Of a DNA stretch of 64,000 bases, positions 58,216-64,000 are shown piece after piece. The translations under genes were made by a program, and so were the position numbers. The DNA comes from an uncultured Candidatus Micrarchaeota archaeon (lineage in GTDB: Archaea; Micrarchaeota; Micrarchaeia; Burarchaeales; Fermentimicrarchaeaceae): assembly GCA_963760615.1 (NCBI GenBank), contig CAVXDX010000004.1, positions 1-64,000 of the forward strand, given 5' to 3'. How positions within the stretch are numbered: the first letter of the stretch is position 1; the number at the start of each line of letters is the position of its first letter. The notes under the pieces are model-generated. The model was not told the DNA's origin, made no database searches, and saw only the letters and a list, made by a program, of their open reading frames with translations.

Positions 58216-59838
58216 ATGCAAACTTCTAATTCGCCTGCGGAAAAGGAAAGAAAATATATCATCGTAGTAGGTTCGTTGATGAGCGGTCTGGGGAAGGGGA
58301 TTGTCACAGCCTCTGTTGGCAAGGAGCTCCAGTCAAAGGGCTTCAATATTGTGCCTGTGAAGTTCGACGGCTATCTTAATGTGGACTGCGGAACAATGAA
58401 CCCCTACAGGCATGGTGAGGTATTCGTGCTTGACGATGGCGCGGAGTGCGACATGGATTTGGGCACTTATGAGAGATTCCTCAACATAGATTTGAAATGG
58501 GACAACAACATAACTGGAGGGAAAATCTTCAGGCTTATCATTGACAAGGAGAGGAAAGGAGGTTACCTGGGGTATGACGTGCAGATAGTGCCTCATCTGA
58601 CAAATGAAATTACTAAGTGGGTGAAGAAGGTAGGCAGCGATTTTGATGCGGATATTGTGCTCGTAGAAGTCGGTGGGACTGTTGGAGATTTGGAGAACTC
58701 GTACTTCATTGAAGCCATGAGGCAGCTTGCCCTTGAGAACAAGAACAGTGCAATGTTCATACAAGTTACTTACGTGCCTGTTCTTGAAACTGTGGGTGAG
58801 CAGAAGACAAAGCCGACCCAGCATGCGACAAGACTGCTTCAGAGCATGGGTGTCCAGCCGGATGTGATAATATGCAGAGGTGCGGAGAAGCTCTCTGCAA
58901 ATGCGAAGAAGAAGATAGCTCTGTTCTGCAATGTCCCTGAGGAGGCAGTCATAGACGACCCGGATAGCGAGACGATATACGAAGTTCCTCTCCTCTTTGA
59001 GAAGCAGAATCTTGTTGAATTGATAATGCAGAAGCTCTCTATAAAGCCGAGCAAGAAGGATTTGAAGAACTGGGAGGGGCTTGTTGAGAAGATAAAGAGC
59101 CCGAAGAAGGAAGTTACAATTGGGATAACCGGCAAGTACACCGCACTGAAGGACGCTTATGTAAGCATAAAGGAAGCCTTGACTCATGCAGGAGCGCATA
59201 ACGACTGTAGGGTAAATATAAAGTGGATTGAGACGACAGACATAGAGGATGGAAAGCAAACAGTGGATGTGCTGAAGGATTGTGATGGAATGATAGTGCC
59301 TGGCGGCTTCGGGGAGAGGGGCATGGAGGGTAAGATTCAGTGCATAAGGTATGCACGGGAAAAGGGAATGCCTTTCCTTGGGTTATGCTTGGGGATGCAG
59401 CTTGCGGTAGTTGAGTATGCAAGGAATGTCTGCGGTTTGGAAGGGGCGAATACAACTGAGAGCGACTCGAATACGAAACACCCAGTTGTAGACTTGCTGC
59501 CCGAGCAGAGGAGAATAGTCTACAAGGGGGCAACAATGCGTCTGGGAGGGCATGATGTTCAGATAAAGGATGGAACGCTTGCCTGCAAATTGTACGGAGG
59601 CACAAAGGCAAGGGAGCGCTTCAGGCACAGGTATGAGATAAACGAGAAGTACATCAAAATTCTTGAGGAGAAAGGACTGGTTTTCTCGGGCAAGGCCGTT
59701 GGGGAGGATGTGATGCAGATTGCTGAGCTGCCCAACCACAAATTCTTCCTTGGGACGCAGTTCCATCCAGAGTTCACATCAAGATTTGAAAGGCCGAACC
59801 CGCTCTTTGTGGGATTCCTGAAAGCATGCATGAAATAA
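58216..59838 (+). CDS. pyrG: CTP synthase
   Basis: 'SGLGKG', 'DGYLNVD.GTMNP..HGEVFV', 'KTKPTQH', 'VPGGFG', 'GLCLGMQ', 'ERFRHRYE' and 'QFHPEF'. Confidence 0.97.
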   Translation: MQTSNSPAEKERKYIIVVGSLMSGLGKGIVTASVGKELQSKGFNIVPVKFDGYLNVDCGTMNPYRHGEVFVLDDGAECDMDLGTYERFLNIDLKWDNNITGGKIFRLIIDKERKGGYLGYDVQIVPHLTNEITKWVKKVGSDFDADIVLVEVGGTVGDLENSYFIEAMRQLALENKNSAMFIQVTYVPVLETVGEQKTKPTQHATRLLQSMGVQPDVIICRGAEKLSANAKKKIALFCNVPEEAVIDDPDSETIYEVPLLFEKQNLVELIMQKLSIKPSKKDLKNWEGLVEKIKSPKKEVTIGITGKYTALKDAYVSIKEALTHAGAHNDCRVNIKWIETTDIEDGKQTVDVLKDCDGMIVPGGFGERGMEGKIQCIRYAREKGMPFLGLCLGMQLAVVEYARNVCGLEGANTTESDSNTKHPVVDLLPEQRRIVYKGATMRLGGHDVQIKDGTLACKLYGGTKARERFRHRYEINEKYIKILEEKGLVFSGKAVGEDVMQIAELPNHKFFLGTQFHPEFTSRFERPNPLFVGFLKACMK

Positions 59839-59842
59839 ATAG

Positions 59843-60421
59843 CTACTTCTCCTTCTTCTTTATGACGCAGATTTCCCCCAAGTTAACTCTTCCATCCTCA
59901 CTCTTCTTCATAAAGGGCTCCAGCTCCTTCATTTTCTCTTCTTCCACCTTCCTTTTCAGCTCAAGCAGCTTCTTCTCCTTCCTTGAATCCTTTTCTGTGC
60001 TGTGCTTCTCGTGAACCTTTGCCCTCAGCTCGTTCATCCTTGTCTCAAACTCCTTAACCTGCTGCTCCGCCCTCTTTATGTCCTCGCTTATGAGAATAAG
60101 CCTTCTCTCCATCCTTTCAACTTCTATTGCACCTTTAAGCTTCTTCTCCCAATTCCTGACTTCCTTGACAAGCTCCCTCTCCTGCTTCAATGTTCTTGCT
60201 TCTGTTGAAATTATGAACTCCAGTCTATGGATATTTTTTCGTATCTCTCTCGCCGGTGGAAGTGGGCTCTCTTTTTTCCTTTTCTCCACCATCTCGCTCA
60301 AAGCCTTTGCCTCATAAACCTTGTACCGGTACCTCCTGTCGGCCTCCTTCAGCCTCTCAAGTAGGCTAGCTTTCTCCCTTTCAAGCACTTCCACATCCCC
60401 GGCAGGTCTCTGTTCTTCCAT
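59843..60421 (-). CDS. Archaeal coiled-coil protein (COG1340-like)
   Basis: 'IHRLEFIISTEARTLKQERELVKEV' and 'KK...G..NLGE' patterns. ATG 60421 is preferred. Confidence 0.65.
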   Translation of the reverse strand: MEEQRPAGDVEVLEREKASLLERLKEADRRYRYKVYEAKALSEMVEKRKKESPLPPAREIRKNIHRLEFIISTEARTLKQERELVKEVRNWEKKLKGAIEVERMERRLILISEDIKRAEQQVKEFETRMNELRAKVHEKHSTEKDSRKEKKLLELKRKVEEEKMKELEPFMKKSEDGRVNLGEICVIKKKEK

Positions 60422-60500
60422 GCAGCTCCTCTCAAGCGAAAGCTTTATATTAGGGTCATAATATAATAAACTTACTTCGTTTTTTGCGTCTTCTCTAATA

Positions 60501-60594
60501 CTGCCGAAAGGCAGCAAAACTGGTCGCCTTGCCAGCGCATAACGCGCTGGCCTCTTTTTAATAAACTCTCACTTATCAAGCGTTCACCAGTTTT
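60501..60594 (+). ncRNA. Candidate structured RNA or DNA element in the divergent gap before rtcA
   Basis: CTGCC-GAAA-GGCAG hairpin. An AAAACTGGT/ACCAGTTTT stem encloses a perfect GCCAGCGC-ATAAC-GCGCTGGC hairpin. Confidence 0.35.
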
Positions 60595-60672
60595 CAGCAA
60601 TGCGTATGAATATAACTGCCAAAAAGATTCTCCCCTTATTTATATTTATCCCTATATTTAAATACTGTTCTT

Positions 60673-61752
60673 ATGATTGAGATAAAGGCGGATGAGATGG
60701 AAGGCGGAGGGCAGATCCTGCGCTCCTCCCTCTCCCTCTCCTCTGTGCTGCATGTGCCTGTGAAGCTCTTCAATATACGTGCCAAGAGGACAAAGCCCGG
60801 GATGCAGGCGCAGCATCTCATGGGCGTTCAGGCTGCCTCAATAATGGCAGATGCCCAGACTCCGGGGCTTGCAAAAGGATCAACAGAGCTTCTCTATTCG
60901 CCATCCTCAATACACGGGGGCGACTTCAGGTTCAATGTAGGAACTGCCGGCTCCTCAATGCTCGTGCTTCAAACAATAATGCCTCTTGCAGCATTCGCTA
61001 CTTCTGATGTGAGCTTCAGGATAATTGGCGGGACCCACGTTGCGTGGTCGCCCAACTTCCATTTTGTAAAGGAGGTTTTCCTCCCCCTCCTGGGAAAAAC
61101 AGGCTTCTCGCCATCCTCACTTGAGCTTGAGAGGGCCGGCTGGTATCCGAAGGGAGGTGGCGCAGTGAAGTTCTTGTCAAAACCCATTGATTCCTTGCAA
61201 CCTCTCAACCTGGAATCGCCAGGCAAACTCCTCAAAATAGGAGGTGTTTCCTGTTGCTCCAACCTGCCTGAGGTTGTTGTTGAGAGGCAGGCGGAGTCAG
61301 CCAAGCAGCTGCTCAGGGAAAGCGGCTATGAGGCGGAAATAGAAAAGCAGGTTCTCCCCTCCCCGTCGAGGGGCTCTGCCCTGACGTTCTACGCAGTATA
61401 CGAAAACAGCGTGCTCGGCGCATCCTCCCTAGGTGCTTTGGGGAAAAAATCCGAGAAGGTGGGGGAGGAAGCCGCAAAAGGGCTTCTTGCAGAAATGGGA
61501 AGCGGTGCTGCGCTGGACAGACATGCAGGGGACCAGCTCCTCATCTACATGGCATTGGCAAAAGGCGAATCCTCAGTAACAGTAAGCGAACTCACCCCGC
61601 ACATAAAGACGAACATATGGGTGCTGGAGCAGTTCGTAGATGCGCGCTTCAGGGTTGAGGAGCTTGCGAACCGCGCGGCAAGAATAGCCGTGAAGGGAAT
61701 AGGGTTGGAGAGAAGCCAGCTGCGCTCAGCTGAACAGTCCAAGAGGGAATAA
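60673..61752 (+). CDS. rtcA: RNA 3'-terminal phosphate cyclase
   Basis: 'EGGGQILRSSL', 'IRAKR.KPG...QHL', 'GGTHV.WSP', 'GWYPKGGG' and 'DQLLIYMALA'. Confidence 0.95.
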   Translation: MIEIKADEMEGGGQILRSSLSLSSVLHVPVKLFNIRAKRTKPGMQAQHLMGVQAASIMADAQTPGLAKGSTELLYSPSSIHGGDFRFNVGTAGSSMLVLQTIMPLAAFATSDVSFRIIGGTHVAWSPNFHFVKEVFLPLLGKTGFSPSSLELERAGWYPKGGGAVKFLSKPIDSLQPLNLESPGKLLKIGGVSCCSNLPEVVVERQAESAKQLLRESGYEAEIEKQVLPSPSRGSALTFYAVYENSVLGASSLGALGKKSEKVGEEAAKGLLAEMGSGAALDRHAGDQLLIYMALAKGESSVTVSELTPHIKTNIWVLEQFVDARFRVEELANRAARIAVKGIGLERSQLRSAEQSKRE

Positions 61753-62643
61753 GTAAGCCAACGGGTCACCGAAAAGCAGAGCTGCCAAGAGGGCTATGAG
61801 CACATATGGCATGAAGACTGGCATCTCCTTGTACACAGGGAACTTCTTCTTCCTGCCAATTTTTTTGAGCTTCTCTATCTCTTTAGGAGTGAGCAGCCTG
61901 TCAAGCTTGTACTCGCTCACCAGCTTCGGATCCATCTTCTCAACTGCAAGTATGTCCTCCTCATCTATCTCGCCAACCACAACCATTCTTATCATGTACT
62001 TGTCGCTTATATAGTCCTTGAATGCGAAGAGGCTCGTGGCGCAAACAATCACTGCTCCAAAAACTGCAAGCTGCGTCTGCGGGAGCTCCACCAGGCTGTT
62101 CAGATAGTAAAGGAATGCAGCGTAGAACGTAAGCGTGGCAGCTGCAAGCAAAACCTGCGATGGGTTGACACTAACCTCGCCTTTCAGCATATTGTAGAGT
62201 GTTAAGGGTATATACCTGAGGAATATGCCGAACACGGCAAGGATGCCCGAGAGCACAAATATCGAGACAACAAATGGGAAGCCCAACTGCGGTTTTGCTG
62301 TCAGGTATATTGACTGTGGCGCTTCTGGAAGCAGCAGAGCTATGGAAACAAAAACGAGAACATCTGCTCCGCCTATCTGGCCGACTCTGTAGAGTGCATA
62401 GCCAATCGCAAAGATGAAAAGAGCCGCAAGAATGCCGCTGCTGACTGTCATGTCTAAAAGAGCAGTAAAACCATTGCTCATTATCAAGTCTATGTTGAAG
62501 CTTGCGAGTGCGAACAGTGCTCCCAACGCTACGAGCGTGTAGGTGAGCCATGAAGGGACATTCCTCCTGTTGAAAAGATCGTAGTATGTCGCGCCTGCGC
62601 ACCCTGCAAGGCATATTGCGAGCCTCACAACTTCAAACTCCAT
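61726..62643 (-). CDS. A24-family prepilin/prearchaellin peptidase
   Basis: 'YYDL..RRNVP', 'IGGADV' (GxGD-type aspartyl protease) and C-terminal 'MPVFMPY'. Confidence 0.85.
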   Translation of the reverse strand: MEFEVVRLAICLAGCAGATYYDLFNRRNVPSWLTYTLVALGALFALASFNIDLIMSNGFTALLDMTVSSGILAALFIFAIGYALYRVGQIGGADVLVFVSIALLLPEAPQSIYLTAKPQLGFPFVVSIFVLSGILAVFGIFLRYIPLTLYNMLKGEVSVNPSQVLLAAATLTFYAAFLYYLNSLVELPQTQLAVFGAVIVCATSLFAFKDYISDKYMIRMVVVGEIDEEDILAVEKMDPKLVSEYKLDRLLTPKEIEKLKKIGRKKKFPVYKEMPVFMPYVLIALLAALLFGDPLAYLFPLGLFS

Positions 62644-62647
62644 CCAC

Positions 62648-63574
62648 TCACCCCGCAACCTTTATCCTGTTCTTCCGCAGCTCTCTCAGAAGATTCTCTG
62701 TTATCTGCGCCTCAGCCTGCCTCTTCTTCCTTGCTGCCACAAGGTAGCGCACAGCAACCCTCACAGCCCCCCCTTCCAAAGAGACGTAGGCTATAGGCTC
62801 CTCCTTGATGTCCCTTATTTTGAGTTTGTACTTCCTCAAACTAAGAAACTTGGCTGCGTCCTTCATCTTTTCTCCCACAACATCTTTCACTGCGTTCTCT
62901 GCAAGCTTCTTTGCAAGCTCATAGTCGCTGCTGTAGACAACCCTAAATGATACCTCATCCCAGATGAAAGGGCTCTCTGCAGTGTAGTTCACAACATTCT
63001 TACTGAGAACAATACTGTTTGGCACGCTCACAAAACCCCCGGTTTCCTGCCAGCTCACCCTGTCAAGTTCATTTATCCTTGTGAAGAAGAGGCTTATGTC
63101 AGATACGTCACCCAGCGCGCCCCACATGCTGTCGCCTATGAAAACTCTGTCGCCTGTTTTGTACAGCCTTGAGGCAACTATGGCCACCCAGCCTACTAGG
63201 TTCAGCAGTGCAGGCTGCACTGCTATTGCAACACCGGCACCAACAAGTCCTGAGAAAAGCGTCAGGGAGGAAATATCCCCGAGATATATGAAGCCCAGCA
63301 GGAGCAGGACAAGCCCTGCTGCGAGATACTTCTGAATACCAGTGACATACCTTCTCTCATCCTCAGAAAGCTTAAAGTGTCTTGTCATCCATGTCTCGGT
63401 AAACTTCAGCAGGCCGAATACAATCAATACAACTAGAACAGTCCTCAAAATCTTGTCAATGACCACCATCAGCTCCTGGGTGATTTGGAGTCTAGCCTCG
63501 AGAATAGGAAGGGTGTACACCATAACAAGTATTACTGCCAGGTAGACAAGGAAAGATGGCGTATCCATTCTCAC
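62648..63574 (-). CDS. mscS: Small-conductance mechanosensitive channel
   Basis: 'GLVGAGVAIA.Q..L.NL', 'YKTGDRV', 'G.V.DI', 'VPNS', 'NYT' and 'W.EV'. Confidence 0.88.
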   Translation of the reverse strand: MRMDTPSFLVYLAVILVMVYTLPILEARLQITQELMVVIDKILRTVLVVLIVFGLLKFTETWMTRHFKLSEDERRYVTGIQKYLAAGLVLLLLGFIYLGDISSLTLFSGLVGAGVAIAVQPALLNLVGWVAIVASRLYKTGDRVFIGDSMWGALGDVSDISLFFTRINELDRVSWQETGGFVSVPNSIVLSKNVVNYTAESPFIWDEVSFRVVYSSDYELAKKLAENAVKDVVGEKMKDAAKFLSLRKYKLKIRDIKEEPIAYVSLEGGAVRVAVRYLVAARKKRQAEAQITENLLRELRKNRIKVAG

Positions 63575-63912
63575 ACCTTCACAATTGCATCCAGTTCAAT
63601 CGAAGCTTCCTTAGGAAGTGCCGAAACCCCAACAGTCGTTCTTGCAGGGGGATTTTTTCCAAAGTACTCCGAATAAACTTTATTCATAATATTGAAATCC
63701 GCAATATCTTTTAAATACACAGTAACCTTAACAATACCCTCAACCTTCCCGCCTGCTTCCTCAACAACAGCTATGAGATTTTCTATTGCGTTCCTTGTCT
63801 GCTTCTCAATATCTCCAGCTATCCTTCCCTCCTCATCCGTACCAAGCTGTCCTGATACGAATATGAAACCACCTTTTTTGACATATGGTGAATACGGCCC
63901 TGCCACTGTCAT
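63571..63912 (-). CDS. ridA: RidA/YjgF family enamine/imine deaminase
   Basis: 'GPYS', 'FVSGQL', 'VKVTVYL.DI.DF..MN.VY' and 'PARTTV.V..LP....IE'. Confidence 0.93.
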   Translation of the reverse strand: MTVAGPYSPYVKKGGFIFVSGQLGTDEEGRIAGDIEKQTRNAIENLIAVVEEAGGKVEGIVKVTVYLKDIADFNIMNKVYSEYFGKNPPARTTVGVSALPKEASIELDAIVKV

Positions 63913-64000
63913 GGGACCATCCCCAGCTTGCCCCCACCGCCTTTCATAAACCGTTCAACCTGCCTCCTCAATCCTCTGTTCTTTTTGAATGCGTTCATGA
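63909..64000 (-). CDS. C-terminal fragment of an upstream gene, possibly an SRP54 M-domain tail
   Basis: Own translation ...MNAFKKNRGLRRQVERFMKGGGGKLGMVP*, with an ATGA overlap into ridA. The Met/Gly/basic-rich tail is suggestive only. Confidence 0.35.
   Translation of the reverse strand, partial: MNAFKKNRGLRRQVERFMKGGGGKLGMVP

Overview
Archaeal chromosomal segment. Marker genes include TFE, aTrm56, class I LysRS, archaeal PheS/PheT, Cdc6/Orc1, RFC-L and CDC48. The gene set and style suggest DPANN, possibly Ca. Micrarchaeota; this is inference, not a database result. From about 13.7 kb to 64 kb the window is mostly housekeeping: argG-argH-carB-carA, a bacterial-type folate cluster (glyA-folD-folC-purN), topA, pyrG, rtcA, two tRNAs and a large beta-helix surface protein. 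The first 13.6 kb is a partly AT-rich accessory region lying just 3' of an intron-containing initiator tRNA-Met. It holds the main candidate new system: a tightly coupled operon of a wHTH regulator and nine stand-alone V4R (XylR_N/V4R-like, Zn-motif) paralogs. These form three 'A then B(n)' modules with a PLP fold-type-II enzyme embedded among them. A roadblock/LC7 protein and a FIST protein follow, then two flavoenzymes, an Asp-motif membrane protein, a stand-alone ACT protein and a degenerate KaiC-like ATPase. Other notable items are a GINS-A-domain/PLD-nuclease fusion beside topA, a truncated NFACT gene coupled to cdc48, a TFE gene frameshifted at a G6 run, an ORB-like palindrome upstream of cdc6 and two structured intergenic RNA candidates. 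All family assignments come from motif recognition by eye; no searches were run. No CRISPR array, rRNA, transposase or integrase was seen.
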